A DNA stretch of 64,000 bases, from IMG/VR virus record IMGVR_UViG_642791616_000001, positions 75,935 through 139,934 of that record; one strand, 5' to 3'. Position 1 is the stretch's first letter. The number at the start of each line of letters is the position of its first letter. This document shows, piece after piece, positions 37,119 to 46,804 of the stretch. Below the pieces are notes generated by a model. It saw only the letters and a list, made by a program, of their open reading frames with translations. It had not been told where the DNA came from and ran no database searches. Source of the stretch: a virus. Taxonomy: Duplodnaviria > Caudoviricetes. Position numbers and translations under genes: made by a program.

Positions 37119-37535
37119 TTATAACTCCTCCGTATCTCCGTCAAATATTGCGAGCTGACTAATCGGAAGTATTGTATAGCGGGCATTCTCCCACCGCTGA
37201 GTCTTTCCTTCGCGTCCTTGTTTCTTAACGACGAGAGGACGTCCTTGCCAACGATAATCACATAACGCCTGTATCCGCTTATTTGCCGCAACTCGGCTTA
37301 AATTTAATACGGCCCCTATCTGTTCCTGCGTCGGGTAGCATTCGCCATTTGCGTCCATAAACGATGATAGTACGCAGAGAGTCTGCCAACGTTCGGGTCC
37401 GATATCCGCGATCAAGCCTTTCTTGACGGCATCGACGTACATCTTAACGAAGATACGCGTCTCGGACTTTCCGGACGTTAAGTTATATTCCGATTGTGTT
37501 TCTACGGAGACGAGCCGTTGGTGATCGTTTGTCAC
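37119..37535 (-). CDS. HTH replication-initiator-like protein (N-terminal domain only)
   Basis: LCVLSSFMDANGECYPTQEQIGAVLNLSRVAANKRIQAL. Confidence 0.75.
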   Translation of the reverse strand: MTNDHQRLVSVETQSEYNLTSGKSETRIFVKMYVDAVKKGLIADIGPERWQTLCVLSSFMDANGECYPTQEQIGAVLNLSRVAANKRIQALCDYRWQGRPLVVKKQGREGKTQRWENARYTILPISQLAIFDGDTEEL

Positions 37536-37543
37536 GCCAACAC

Positions 37544-37601
37544 CTCCTTATTTTCGCTTTCATAAGTACAGTCGCATGTGGTCGGTCAAAATCGGGACAT
37601 T
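37544..37601 (-). promoter_or_regulatory. Phage-specific promoter-like motif, copy 3 (head of the replication operon)
   Basis: Minus strand AATGTCCCGATT-N-CCACATGCGACTGTA-CTTA-TGAAAGCGAAAATAAGGAG. Confidence 0.75.
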
Positions 37602-37636
37602 CGCTTCAAACTTTTTTGAATTGGCCCATAAAACGC

Positions 37637-37666
37637 AAAAAACCCCCGCCTATTAAGACGAGGGTT
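37637..37666 (-). terminator. Intrinsic terminator insulating the early operon
   Basis: AACCCTCGTCT/AGGCGGGGGTT stem + T6 on the minus strand. Confidence 0.65.
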
Positions 37667-37730
37667 CAGAGTAGCGCCGTATTTAGTTGCGGTGTAGCGT
37701 TCCTATGCGGTATAATGCGCTTAGAGACGA

Positions 37731-37785
37731 TTGACTTATCGGTGACTTAACGTTGATATAGTTGACTTTACGGGTGACTTATCGG
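37731..37785. repeat. Putative integrase arm-binding repeats
   Basis: TGACTT x4; TGACTTATCGG at 37732 and 37775; next to the att core. Confidence 0.6.
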
Positions 37786-37816
37786 AGAAAAACAACGTAG
37801 AAATAACGACGTGGAA

Positions 37817-37859
37817 GCTGGCAGCGTAGAGGTCAGCGGTTCGATCCCGCTATGCTCCA
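37817..37859 (+). tRNA. 3' half of tRNA-Ala(GGC), prophage attR remnant
   Basis: GCTGGCAGCGTAGAGGTCAGCGGTTCGATCCCGCTATGCTCCA: anticodon loop, T-arm, CCA; D-arm and 5' acceptor strand absent. Confidence 0.88.
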
Positions 37860-37864
37860 TAACG

Positions 37865-37900
37865 AAAAACCATTCTTGAGAAATCAAGGATGGTTTTTTT
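37865..37900 (+). terminator. Host tRNA terminator (likely bidirectional)
   Basis: AAAAACCATTCTTGA-GAAA-TCAAGGATGGTTTTTTT. Confidence 0.85.
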
Positions 37901-37913
37901 ATGTATTTATTTC

Positions 37914-38102
37914 TTACAGCTCTGTTTGTTCTTTGTTTTTTCTTAAGCCTAATATCTTTAAGATGCGGTACGCGATCACAGAGACATAAGCCGTGATGAG
38001 AATGATTGTGTAAGACACAGGATAATCACTCGTCATTCCGTGATAAAAGAAATAGATGAGCAGCACTGACAGCATGATGACTTGGAACAGTTCCTTTTTC
38101 AT
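37914..38102 (-). CDS. Small two-TM membrane protein
   Basis: GGGAG RBS; upstream TGaTATAAT. Confidence 0.7.
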   Translation of the reverse strand: MKKELFQVIMLSVLLIYFFYHGMTSDYPVSYTIILITAYVSVIAYRILKILGLRKNKEQTEL

Positions 38103-38165
38103 TTTACTCTCCCCTCATGATAGTGATTCGGTCGATTATATCACAAATGATGTCATTTTTTGTTA

Positions 38166-38203
38166 GCTATCAGCAAGGGGAAATCCATTCACCTGCTGAT
38201 AGC
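38166..38203 (-). terminator. Hairpin ending the PBSX-like late operon
   Basis: GCTATCAGCA...TGCTGATAGC inverted repeat. Confidence 0.55.
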
Positions 38204-38216
38204 ACTTTATGAATGA

Positions 38217-39020
38217 TCACTTTTTCAGCAATCGTTCGATTTTGTTCTTCGTCTTCGGACCGTATATCCCATCTGCCGCTAGACCATTCATAAGCTGGAA
38301 CCGCTTGACCGCATTCGCTGTTTTTGATCCATAATAGCCATCAATCCCGTTGTTTTTTGCCCCTTTATCTGGGTAGAAATAGAGGGAGGATAAGGCTTTT
38401 TGCACAGCTATGACTTGTGGTCCTTTTGTTAAGGGCTTGGTTATTTTTAAGATGCCCGATGGCAGATTTGACGATTTCTGTTTGGTAACTGGTGCTTTGT
38501 GACTCAAGCTCTCTGTTCGAACTGGCTTTCTTGTGCTTTTGCTGCCGGTACGAGCTGTGGCTATTCCAGCTTTAAATTGATCCCACCGTCCGAGCAATTT
38601 CCTTGGACATTCTTTCCCGCTCCAATGTTTATGAGGGACTACATTTGATAAAGGAATTCCCAAATCGCCCATTAGCTTTCGAATGAGCCATTGGGCATTT
38701 TCGACTGCTTGTTCAAAGTTGCCGTCTGTATTTTCGCAAATTTCAATTCCGATTGATTTCATATTGCCATTGCCTCTGCCATCTCCTGTATGCCAGCCGT
38801 TCTCGTTTAACGGTAAATGCTGATAAATCACCTGATCGTCGACAGTGTAATGCCAGCTGACTCCGGTACTTGAACGTGCAACAAACGCAGCGTGACTCCC
38901 AGCATTTGCACCTTTTGCCGTGTTAGAGGTATTATGCACCGTAATATAGAGCGGCTTCATCGTATTTCCTGGTCTGTTGCGGTTGTGTTTTGGAATGTAG
39001 GCTTGAATGATATTGACCAT
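38217..39020 (-). CDS. N-acetylmuramoyl-L-alanine amidase endolysin (XlyA/CwlA family)
   Basis: YITVHNT, SWHYTVDD, SIGIEICEN, PHKHWSGKECP; C-terminal PG-binding domain. Confidence 0.93.
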   Translation of the reverse strand: MVNIIQAYIPKHNRNRPGNTMKPLYITVHNTSNTAKGANAGSHAAFVARSSTGVSWHYTVDDQVIYQHLPLNENGWHTGDGRGNGNMKSIGIEICENTDGNFEQAVENAQWLIRKLMGDLGIPLSNVVPHKHWSGKECPRKLLGRWDQFKAGIATARTGSKSTRKPVRTESLSHKAPVTKQKSSNLPSGILKITKPLTKGPQVIAVQKALSSLYFYPDKGAKNNGIDGYYGSKTANAVKRFQLMNGLAADGIYGPKTKNKIERLLKK

Positions 39021-39039
39021 ATTGTTTCTCCTTCAACGA

Positions 39040-39303
39040 TTATTTTGTTAGCCCTCTTTGTTTCAGGGTATCTTTTTGTAATTGACCTTTGTAGGTCACA
39101 TAATTGTTTTTAAACCAAGCGATAATGGCTGTCACCATCGTAAAAATGGTGGAACCTGCTACATATAGTGCCTCACCAGCGGTTTGTACTTGCTCCTCAC
39201 TAATCGGTAGCACCGTCTGTCCAAACATGACAAGTGTTTGATTGATGAGCGCAATAAAAAGAAGCACTGTGCGAATCACAGTGCCTTTGTCGAATGTTTT
39301 CAT
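39040..39303 (-). CDS. xhlB: SPP1-type holin
   Basis: [18 protein letters not shown]...AWFKNNYVT. Confidence 0.9.
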   Translation of the reverse strand: MKTFDKGTVIRTVLLFIALINQTLVMFGQTVLPISEEQVQTAGEALYVAGSTIFTMVTAIIAWFKNNYVTYKGQLQKDTLKQRGLTK

Positions 39304-39314
39304 GATTTCTCCTC

Positions 39315-39527
39315 CTATTTTAAATTCCGTTCAATTTTGTCGAGTTTGTCGATCACAACATCATACTTCTCACTAAACTTTGCTAACACATCATTTTGCG
39401 CCTCGATTTGTTCATTGAGCTTGTTTTCTCTTTCCTTTGTTGTGTTTAATACATAAAACAGCACCCAACAGAACAACACCGCAAACGGCCCTTGTGTCAT
39501 TAAGTTTTGAACAACATCTACTTCCAT
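39315..39527 (-). CDS. BhlA/UviB-family holin-like protein
   Basis: [27 protein letters not shown]. Confidence 0.88.
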   Translation of the reverse strand: MEVDVVQNLMTQGPFAVLFCWVLFYVLNTTKERENKLNEQIEAQNDVLAKFSEKYDVVIDKLDKIERNLK

Positions 39528-39563
39528 TGAAATCACCTTCTTTCCGGCAAAAAAATAAAGCCA

Positions 39564-39707
39564 TTAGGCTTCGTATATTTCTCCAGTTATATTTTGATAG
39601 TCTTCTGTCGAGATCCAGCCAATGCTTACATAAAATGCAATGTCCTCTGGGCCGTAACACTGCCAGTCCCAGAATTGTTTGATATCTACAACAGTTGGAA
39701 ACATCAT
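39564..39707 (-). CDS. XkdX-family small protein (47 aa)
   Basis: MMFPTVVDIKQFWDWQCY...ISTEDYQNITGEIYEA. Confidence 0.75.
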   Translation of the reverse strand: MMFPTVVDIKQFWDWQCYGPEDIAFYVSIGWISTEDYQNITGEIYEA

Positions 39708-40169
39708 TCTGAAGTCCCCCCTTTTTGCATAGCCAATAGCTGCGTTAATTGTTTTGATAACAAAGCATTTTGTTTCTTCAAAAGCTCTATATCACTTGGC
39801 GGGAGAGGGGCTGGTTTTAGGCTATCTATATACTCCTGTGTCGCTGATTCATACCCGTGTTGTTTTTCCACATCAAATGCAGCTTTATAAAAAGCAGGCA
39901 CCTAACGATTTTATCCCGTTATAAATACTGCCGCCAGATGGGATATTGATCAACTGGGATCCGTTATCATTCGTCATTTTATATAGCTGAGATTGATTCC
40001 ATTTCTGCTTTTCTGTTTTAGATGAATGAGATGTTACATCATTTTCGTGTTGATTGATATGATTTAATAGTTCAGCATCATTTTCAATAATAACCTTTAC
40101 CATGTCATTAAACAGATCTGCATGAGCTGTATCACTTGTTTTGAAAGTACGCGGTGTCTTTATCTCCAT
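39704..40169 (-). pseudogene. Deleted tail-fibre/chaperone cassette: fibre N-terminus joined out of frame to a chaperone C-terminus
   Basis: 39885-40169 parallels the first ~90 aa of the 40199-41329 fibre then stops; 39704-39901 looks like a chaperone C-terminus. Confidence 0.65.
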
Positions 40170-40198
40170 GTGATTCTCCTTTCACATTGTTTATGGAA

Positions 40199-41329
40199 TT
40201 ATCTTGTACTGAACTTAAAACCAAATGTAATAAACTCAGTTGGATTAGCATTATTTGAAGATGATTGCACACATACATTCCCATTCTTATCTACTAAGGT
40301 TCGATGGAATTGAGGTACTCCAGGTGTCCCTATACTCGAAGCGATACCTACAAAATGGATTGCCTGCTGCGGCCGATATCCTTCAGGCAAAATAAACACT
40401 GGGTTATTTCCTAAAATCCCACCTTTTATAGCACCTACTATCTCAACTTCCCCCAAGAGATTCTTTCGATATTTCACTGGCAAATTAATAGGGTCATATT
40501 CCTTCCAATTGCCATTAATCTCTTTAGGTGTTTCCCATGAACCTTCTAATAGATCTGATAGCGTGATTTGCTTCTCCCACGGTGTCCATGATTGTGCATT
40601 GTGTCTAAGAACTCTAAAGTATGTGTTTTTTCCATAAACAGATTCGTATGCTATTTGCACCAATGTAGTGCCATAACTCATCACCAACAAAAACACTCGA
40701 TCATAGGAAGGCGATGGACCGTTTACTCCAGTATTATATATAAGGTACATTCCTGTCTCGGTAAGAGTATTGTAGTCTGTCTCGCTAGCAAACCCATGAT
40801 AAAATGGCTTTCCATTATCTTGAGTGATTTTTACTAATTGACCATTATCCCATCTATTTCTATCTCTTACCGTAGGCAGCTTTGTCCAAGTAATCGACAT
40901 ATGTCCGGCTTCGTAATAGAAAAAATAAGCATTACCTGAACTATCCATCGCAAAACCAGAGCCAATATTTTCTTGACCTACTGTCTGCAGCCCTCTGATT
41001 GAGACATTTGATGAAACTGGAGAATCCTCCACACCAGCAGCTGCATAAAAAGTACATGTTCCTTTATCTTTTATCGCATCAAATATTCTGCCGTCAGAAG
41101 ATACATTAATCAGCTGTCTTCCACTATCTGCTGTGATCTTATAGTTCTGTGAATTATTCCATTTCTTCTTTTCTGTTTCAGATGCGTGTACTTTTGCATC
41201 ATTTGTATGTTTTAAGAACTGTTCTATTAATCCATGATCATTTTCAAGAAGTACTTTGACCACGTCATTAAACAAATCAGCATGTGCTTTATCATTTACT
41301 TCAAAAGGTTTTGGTTCTTTTATTTCCAT
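40199..41329 (-). CDS. Tail fibre / receptor-binding protein
   Basis: Conserved N-terminal anchor, pyocin-knob-like DYNTLTETGMY...WTPW, C-terminal LPEGYRP. Confidence 0.8.
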   Translation of the reverse strand: MEIKEPKPFEVNDKAHADLFNDVVKVLLENDHGLIEQFLKHTNDAKVHASETEKKKWNNSQNYKITADSGRQLINVSSDGRIFDAIKDKGTCTFYAAAGVEDSPVSSNVSIRGLQTVGQENIGSGFAMDSSGNAYFFYYEAGHMSITWTKLPTVRDRNRWDNGQLVKITQDNGKPFYHGFASETDYNTLTETGMYLIYNTGVNGPSPSYDRVFLLVMSYGTTLVQIAYESVYGKNTYFRVLRHNAQSWTPWEKQITLSDLLEGSWETPKEINGNWKEYDPINLPVKYRKNLLGEVEIVGAIKGGILGNNPVFILPEGYRPQQAIHFVGIASSIGTPGVPQFHRTLVDKNGNVCVQSSSNNANPTEFITFGFKFSTR

Positions 41330-41336
41330 TCAGTTT

Positions 41337-41510
41337 TCACTCCCTTGCTTTGATGCTTGGTTCCATTTCTTGTAGCTGCTCTAGAGTGAGCATCCTTTGT
41401 TCATATCCTGTTTTTAAATCTTCCATTGAACAATCGCCTAGTTCCACCGCTTGTTTGACCAATTCAGGGGTCACCCATTTAAAATACAACGCCATCACCC
41501 AATAATTCAT
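41337..41510 (-). CDS. xkdX: XkdX (57 aa)
   Basis: MNYWVMALYFKWVTPELVKQA...DCSMEDL. Confidence 0.8.
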   Translation of the reverse strand: MNYWVMALYFKWVTPELVKQAVELGDCSMEDLKTGYEQRMLTLEQLQEMEPSIKARE

Positions 41511-41836
41511 GATTCACGCTCTCCTTTATATAAAAGGATCTCATTTTTTAGCGCTTTTATTTCGTTTGTTAAATGATCACATTGATGTTCAAGCTGTTTT
41601 CTCATGAGCTTTTCTTTGGCTACTTCTTGTGCTAGATAATCTAGCGGAAGAGGTGGTTGATATCTTGGATTGATTTGAGATTCGTCCCACCATTCTTTCA
41701 ATTCTTTTGCCGTTGGCTTTGGCACATCTAGATGCCACTCGTTAATGTAAGAACCGTCTCCGTCATTTCTAAGTTCAAAGTCCTTTTGCGGATCCGCATC
41801 GGGGTATTTATACTTAATGGCTTCATATAAAATCAT
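41507..41836 (-). CDS. xkdW: XkdW tail-fibre chaperone-like protein
   Basis: MILYEAIKYKYPDADPQKDFELRNDGDGSYI. Confidence 0.88.
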   Translation of the reverse strand: MILYEAIKYKYPDADPQKDFELRNDGDGSYINEWHLDVPKPTAKELKEWWDESQINPRYQPPLPLDYLAQEVAKEKLMRKQLEHQCDHLTNEIKALKNEILLYKGERES

Positions 41837-41845
41837 AGAATCCTC

Positions 41846-42724
41846 CTATCCTCTCAGGAAATTTCTGCCGCCTACTTCTGTAATATCAAAATAGTTGTAC
41901 CAGCCTGAATTTTCAGATACATAACGACTAACATCTCCGTCATATCCTGCATACATGTAAATTTCTAAATAATCCCCTTTATTAGCCGGTACATTCGCAG
42001 CACCATAAAGTCCCATACTAAAGCTCAACGTATCAGATGGGCTGGTCGGGCTCTGTCTTTGATGTGCAATATTTTTATACCTTTTTCCATTTAAATAGAT
42101 CGATAATTCAAAGTTTGCGTATCGTTGAAAGGTTTCAATATAAACACCTGCATTCACTGAATACATTCCGTTTTCAGGGCAGATGAAGCGATTATTTTTG
42201 ATATCAAAATTGTTATGACTGTCTTTTATCTTTCGATTAAAAAGGATTTTTTGATACTCACCTTTGGTTAATAACTGTTTTCCAGTTGTACCTATATTGG
42301 CATGACAGAATCCAGAGAGCTTATGCCAGTCGGTCCAACCAGATCCAGTCCACCAATGACGGCACCACGTACCTGTGCTATCAAAATAACTGCCCGCTTC
42401 GTTTCCAGTCCCATAGTAATATTGAACAAATCGAAAGTTACTATATTTTTCATTTTTCACAAAGCCAAATCTCGTAGGATATCCGGTATCATTCGCTTGT
42501 CCAATATCCATGAACGTAATGCCATTAGGATATTCCTCACCGCTGACTGATGCATCTTGAATGGCTTGATCGCCTGTTAGTTTAAATAAGCTTTCATTTG
42601 TGATTCCTTCTATTTGTAGCCTGAGCGCATTGTCATTCTCTACTAGAGTGTCGACCATCCGGTTAAATAAGTTGGCATGTGCTTTGTCAGAGGTTTCAAA
42701 CGGTAAAGGTGATTTGATGTCCAT
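41846..42724 (-). CDS. Tail fibre protein (XkdV-like C-terminus, C1q-like tip)
   Basis: GYPTRFGFVKNEKYSNFRF...KILFNRKIKDSHNNFD; position before xkdW. Confidence 0.75.
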   Translation of the reverse strand: MDIKSPLPFETSDKAHANLFNRMVDTLVENDNALRLQIEGITNESLFKLTGDQAIQDASVSGEEYPNGITFMDIGQANDTGYPTRFGFVKNEKYSNFRFVQYYYGTGNEAGSYFDSTGTWCRHWWTGSGWTDWHKLSGFCHANIGTTGKQLLTKGEYQKILFNRKIKDSHNNFDIKNNRFICPENGMYSVNAGVYIETFQRYANFELSIYLNGKRYKNIAHQRQSPTSPSDTLSFSMGLYGAANVPANKGDYLEIYMYAGYDGDVSRYVSENSGWYNYFDITEVGGRNFLRG

Positions 42725-42738
42725 TTCATTCCCCTCCA

Positions 42739-43122
42739 TTAATAAATATCATCAATCTCAAAAACAAATTCGATGTCGCCGTCTTTTTGTTTGTCTGTCA
42801 TGGTGCGGATGGCGGTGAATTTGCCGGCTTCGTCGACAAGTGCTAGTTCGTTGATGACTTCTCCTGCAAGTTCTCCTTCGGCGATCGTGCAGGTGTAGCG
42901 GATTTTTGCTGGTTCCATGAAGGTAAACGAATCAATCTCTTTTTGGACGAGTTCTTTTTTGAGTTTTTGTTCAGTGCCGTCTAGTGAGATCGGTTTCCCA
43001 TCCTTCGTCCCACCATTTCCAAATGCCATTTTGACGACTTTTGTGAGTTTTGTTCCTTCGGCTCTTGCCTTTGCCATTTGTTGACGTGCATATAATGTTG
43101 TTACGGTTAATTGATCAGCCAT
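42739..43122 (-). CDS. Tail-collar / fibre attachment protein
   Basis: KMAFGNGG...INELALVDEAG. Confidence 0.75.
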   Translation of the reverse strand: MADQLTVTTLYARQQMAKARAEGTKLTKVVKMAFGNGGTKDGKPISLDGTEQKLKKELVQKEIDSFTFMEPAKIRYTCTIAEGELAGEVINELALVDEAGKFTAIRTMTDKQKDGDIEFVFEIDDIY

Positions 43123-43133
43123 TGTGATCCTCC

Positions 43134-44057
43134 TTATAGCTCTATTTTTTGAGAAGTAGCTGCTAGCATTTTTGATCCGTCCAGCGGAACAGATCCATCG
43201 AGAATCCAGTAATGATCCTTAATCAGTAAGCTGCCGCCTTGTTCAGTTTGGACATGTACTGGCAATCGGAACGTCATTTTCTTCTTGGTTTGATGCTGGA
43301 GCTGATTTTTTGTGCGTAAAGTCAATGCCGCTCCTTGCTTCGTTTCATGTACCGCTCCAGTCATGACATAATTCATTCGGTATGTGTTCTCTGACTTATG
43401 CTGAAGCGGCATTCTCATCTTCAACGAATGCCGAAAACGAGCAGGTACATCGGTTGTCCCTCGTGTTCCGCTCAGATAAAACGACCCATTTAATACAAAT
43501 TCACCATTGAGTAAAATCGGGATATGATCGAAAAAACCCACTCTGCTTCGCAGTGTGAGCCTCCCGTGATGATCATTTATTTCATGTACATCGGTATGAT
43601 GAAATGCAGTGAACGTATAAGCCAAATGAGCTGGCTTTAACGTTTCAAGTATTTCTACAATATATCTAGTGTTTTGCAGATCATCTAGATTCACACGTAA
43701 GGCGAAATGGTAGCGATTGGTGGTCAGACGGATGATGGCACTTGGATTTTTGAGAAAGCGATTCACCGATTTCTCTAAAGAAAGATACGTGATCGGTGGA
43801 ATGTTTGACATCATATTGAGTAAGCGTGCTCTGCGAAGTTCAATGGAATCATCTGATTCTCGCTGCACCTTCAGCATTCTTTCCCATCTATTCAATCCCC
43901 ATGTCGCTGTCAAAGGGAAGAACTGATCCATTAAATCGAAAATGGATTCATCCAATTGCTCAAACTCTGGCGCTTCTGTTTTGAGCAGGTGATCGACTTC
44001 ATAAATCTCTGTAAAATATGGCGGCAAGTAGTTTTTCATTTCATCCTGTTTGCTCAA
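43134..44057 (-). CDS. xkdU: Baseplate protein XkdU-like (YmfQ/DUF2313), C-terminally extended
   Basis: QFFPLTATWGLNRWE, LKPAHLAY. Confidence 0.82.
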   Translation of the reverse strand: MSKQDEMKNYLPPYFTEIYEVDHLLKTEAPEFEQLDESIFDLMDQFFPLTATWGLNRWERMLKVQRESDDSIELRRARLLNMMSNIPPITYLSLEKSVNRFLKNPSAIIRLTTNRYHFALRVNLDDLQNTRYIVEILETLKPAHLAYTFTAFHHTDVHEINDHHGRLTLRSRVGFFDHIPILLNGEFVLNGSFYLSGTRGTTDVPARFRHSLKMRMPLQHKSENTYRMNYVMTGAVHETKQGAALTLRTKNQLQHQTKKKMTFRLPVHVQTEQGGSLLIKDHYWILDGSVPLDGSKMLAATSQKIEL

Positions 44058-45090
44058 TAACCTTCACCTGCCTCAGACGCGGTATCTCAATGTCCTGTAA
44101 CACTAAGTTTTTTGACTCCCCATTCAATAACACGTTTGCATAATCTGATACACTTTCTGAATGGTACAGAATGTCATTTAATGCGGACATTCGAATGGTA
44201 CTCTTTTCAAATGCAATTGATTTCAACAGCGCTTTGACCTTTTCTTCTATTTCTTTCTGCGCTCCTTCAAGGGTCCAGTCCATTTGAAGTTCGACGGCTA
44301 CTTCTATGTCAATGTCCAGCCATTTGGCGCTTTCGACGGTCGCTTTTGAACCAATAGGCGCTTGTCCTTCTCCTTCGCCTGGTACTGGGTCGATATATTC
44401 CTGTACTCTTTTAACAAGCAGATCTGATGCAACATCTAGATTGCCGTCTGTGATGACAATCTTGACTGTTCCTTCTCCATTCCAAAGCGGGAATACCTTC
44501 GCTCTGCCAACCCCTGTCACTTCCTCAGCCCATTTTTTATAATGCGCCTTGTTGGCACTGACAGCCTCTCGCCTAGCACGTATTAAGTAGCGATCATATA
44601 ACGAAGCGTCATCTTCTTCCTCTTGTCCGGGTATTACCAAATCTTTCATGATAATTGATTCAAGCCCCGGGATTGTATCAAGTGAAAGCAGCGCCTGATC
44701 TGTTAATTGACCATTGCCGACTTTGCCAGGTGTCTCGCATTCTAGCGTCCCATCGTTCGAATATTGGAAATAGACGTCTTCAATAAAAAACCGTGAGCCA
44801 GCTGGGATGTTGATATCCTCCGGCTTAATAGCTGCGGACCAAACCGCTTTAGTCGCTGGTTTTCTTTCAATTCCTACTTCAGCGGCCCGCCGATCTAGAA
44901 ACTCTCCTTGTGCTGTATCTGCAAAGACCAGCTCGAATACTTGATCAAGCCAAATATAGGACTGGGCCAGTTCAGCAGCAGCAGGTGCCAAGGCATTCCA
45001 AATGACGCTGTTTTCTCTTTTATCTATGTCATCTGGCAGTCTGTCTAGCATTCTTTCCATTAATGCTTCGTACGTTTGTTCCTCAAACAT
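44041..45090 (-). CDS. xkdT: Baseplate J-like protein
   Basis: [31 protein letters not shown]. Confidence 0.92.
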   Translation of the reverse strand: MFEEQTYEALMERMLDRLPDDIDKRENSVIWNALAPAAAELAQSYIWLDQVFELVFADTAQGEFLDRRAAEVGIERKPATKAVWSAAIKPEDINIPAGSRFFIEDVYFQYSNDGTLECETPGKVGNGQLTDQALLSLDTIPGLESIIMKDLVIPGQEEEDDASLYDRYLIRARREAVSANKAHYKKWAEEVTGVGRAKVFPLWNGEGTVKIVITDGNLDVASDLLVKRVQEYIDPVPGEGEGQAPIGSKATVESAKWLDIDIEVAVELQMDWTLEGAQKEIEEKVKALLKSIAFEKSTIRMSALNDILYHSESVSDYANVLLNGESKNLVLQDIEIPRLRQVKVIEQTG

Positions 45091-45505
45091 CGCTCTCCAT
45101 CACCTCCTCTATTTCTAATGTGCCTTCATCTGTGACTATAGCTAGCTTGACATGAAACGAGTCATTTTCCTTTGTGACCTCTATCTCTTCAATATGATCA
45201 ATCCGTTCGTCCACAATCAATGCTTCCTCTAGCAGCCTCGGAATCTCCATTTCTTTGTATTCATCCGTGGCTTCTGTATCCGTCAAAAGCTCCTGAATTT
45301 CAGTGCCAATGTCGTGGCTGTAAATAGGATGTGCATACCGCTCTGTCCTAAGTGTCATATAAACGAATTGACGAATTGCTTCAATGCCTGAAATGGTTTC
45401 ACCTGTCAATCTGCCAGTTTCAACATCTATTCGATACGTCGTCGAGGTTTCCACCTCTTCGCCTTCTTCTGTTTCCTCAATTTCTTCCTCTGGTGAAAGT
45501 GCCAC
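45083..45505 (-). CDS. xkdS: Baseplate wedge protein (DUF2634)
   Basis: [22 protein letters not shown]. Confidence 0.88.
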   Translation of the reverse strand: MALSPEEEIEETEEGEEVETSTTYRIDVETGRLTGETISGIEAIRQFVYMTLRTERYAHPIYSHDIGTEIQELLTDTEATDEYKEMEIPRLLEEALIVDERIDHIEEIEVTKENDSFHVKLAIVTDEGTLEIEEVMESDV

Positions 45506-45519
45506 GTTCATCACCTCCC

Positions 45520-45786
45520 TTACAATTTGTCGATGATGTAGAAGGATTGCCCTCCTGCCATTGCCAGCACCATAATGCTGTCTCCCCTTTTCAGTTCATC
45601 ATCCTCACCCTTATTTAGGCGCTTTGGCCAAATCAGTAATTCTTCCGGGATGATTAGCTTATGGTTTTCATTTAACTGGATGCTTACAGGAGAAACTGCC
45701 GTAACTTCTCCAATCACCAGATCAATTGGAGAGGCGGCGTCTACAGCATTCACTGCTAATCGTTTAATCGCTTCACTTAACCTCAC
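45520..45786 (-). CDS. xkdR: Baseplate spike-like protein (DUF2577)
   Basis: [15 protein letters not shown]...[11 protein letters not shown]. Confidence 0.88.
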   Translation of the reverse strand: MRLSEAIKRLAVNAVDAASPIDLVIGEVTAVSPVSIQLNENHKLIIPEELLIWPKRLNKGEDDELKRGDSIMVLAMAGGQSFYIIDKL

Positions 45787-46793
45787 GCTTGATCACCCTT
45801 TGGAATGGAATTTTTCTCAACGACATCAATTGTCATGGTGTGTTTCACCCCACTGAATTCATGTTTGTCCTGATCGATCCAGTACGTATTTTTTACGTTG
45901 ATTTCAGGGATTTTCAAATAGATTGGAAGACCGCTTTGCAGTTCAGGAATGCCTAGCGCTTGGATGCTTTTGACTTCTTGTTTCACGCCTTTTTTCTCTG
46001 CCAGCCGTACTTTGGCTCTTTTTTGCAGCTGCGGCTGGTTGATTTGCCCTGTAACCGTCTCAACATGCTGTAAAATACCGTATTTACTCTGACCTGCTTT
46101 ATCCTGTTCGACCACTACAATCTCTGATTTGCTACCTTTTTTCTTATTTTTCCCCTGTTCATCCACAGACGTGCGCAGCTTGACACGAGTGGCTGTTTCT
46201 TCAATCGAGGTGCTGTACTGATAGCCAATGAGATTGACACCTGATTCAATGACCCATACGTCCTCTGGATCTGGCCAAGCTCTCAGCCCCATCTTTCCTT
46301 TAGCAGAATAGATTTGATAGTTTCTGCCGGTTTGCCGCTTTGTCTCTTTTAATGCTTTCAGAATCATGTCATATAGGCTCGTATCGTTTTTAAACACTAG
46401 TGATTTTATGACATGACCTGTATTGGCGATGGAGGTCATGGGAATTTGAAAGTCAGCTCCAATCCGTCTCAAGATTTGATCTGCTCTTTGTTTTGAAAAA
46501 ACATAGACATCTTGGTTTTTCACCAAATATTGAAGCATGTCGTATGCGGTAAAGGTCAGTTTCCCTTCAACAGGCGTCCTAGAAAACACAATGCCTCTGA
46601 ACAGCTCTTTTCCTTTCCATTTAAAAAGAACCGTGTCCCCTTCTGAGACACGGTAATATGTTTGACTCCCTTGCTTTGTGATAATATTTGCTTGAATAGA
46701 GCGAGGAGCTTGATACCTTTGCCCCTGAAGTGTCACACTCTCTGTGACAAGCTCATACATGGTGCCGCTTCTGATGGCAAAAAGCTCGATCAA
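45783..46793 (-). CDS. xkdQ: Baseplate hub protein
   Basis: TAYDMLQYLVKNQDVYVF; TTG start. Confidence 0.9.
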   Translation of the reverse strand: MIELFAIRSGTMYELVTESVTLQGQRYQAPRSIQANIITKQGSQTYYRVSEGDTVLFKWKGKELFRGIVFSRTPVEGKLTFTAYDMLQYLVKNQDVYVFSKQRADQILRRIGADFQIPMTSIANTGHVIKSLVFKNDTSLYDMILKALKETKRQTGRNYQIYSAKGKMGLRAWPDPEDVWVIESGVNLIGYQYSTSIEETATRVKLRTSVDEQGKNKKKGSKSEIVVVEQDKAGQSKYGILQHVETVTGQINQPQLQKRAKVRLAEKKGVKQEVKSIQALGIPELQSGLPIYLKIPEINVKNTYWIDQDKHEFSGVKHTMTIDVVEKNSIPKGDQA

Positions 46794-46804
46794 TGCCAGC
46801 CCCC

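Larger units (their letters stand above)
1..37859. mobile_element. Temperate prophage, right-hand (early/replication) arm; integrase and structural genes presumably left of the window
   Basis: Dense, mostly minus-strand phage replication and nucleotide genes, arbitrium-like module, ends at a tRNA 3' fragment with arm-like repeats. Confidence 0.92.

Noticed and set aside
37817-37859. Functional tRNA gene
   Set aside because: 5' acceptor strand and D-arm are missing; it is an att remnant
39564-42724. Diversity-generating retroelement or shufflon at the tail fibres
   Set aside because: No reverse transcriptase, template/variable repeat pair, invertase or inverted cassettes seen
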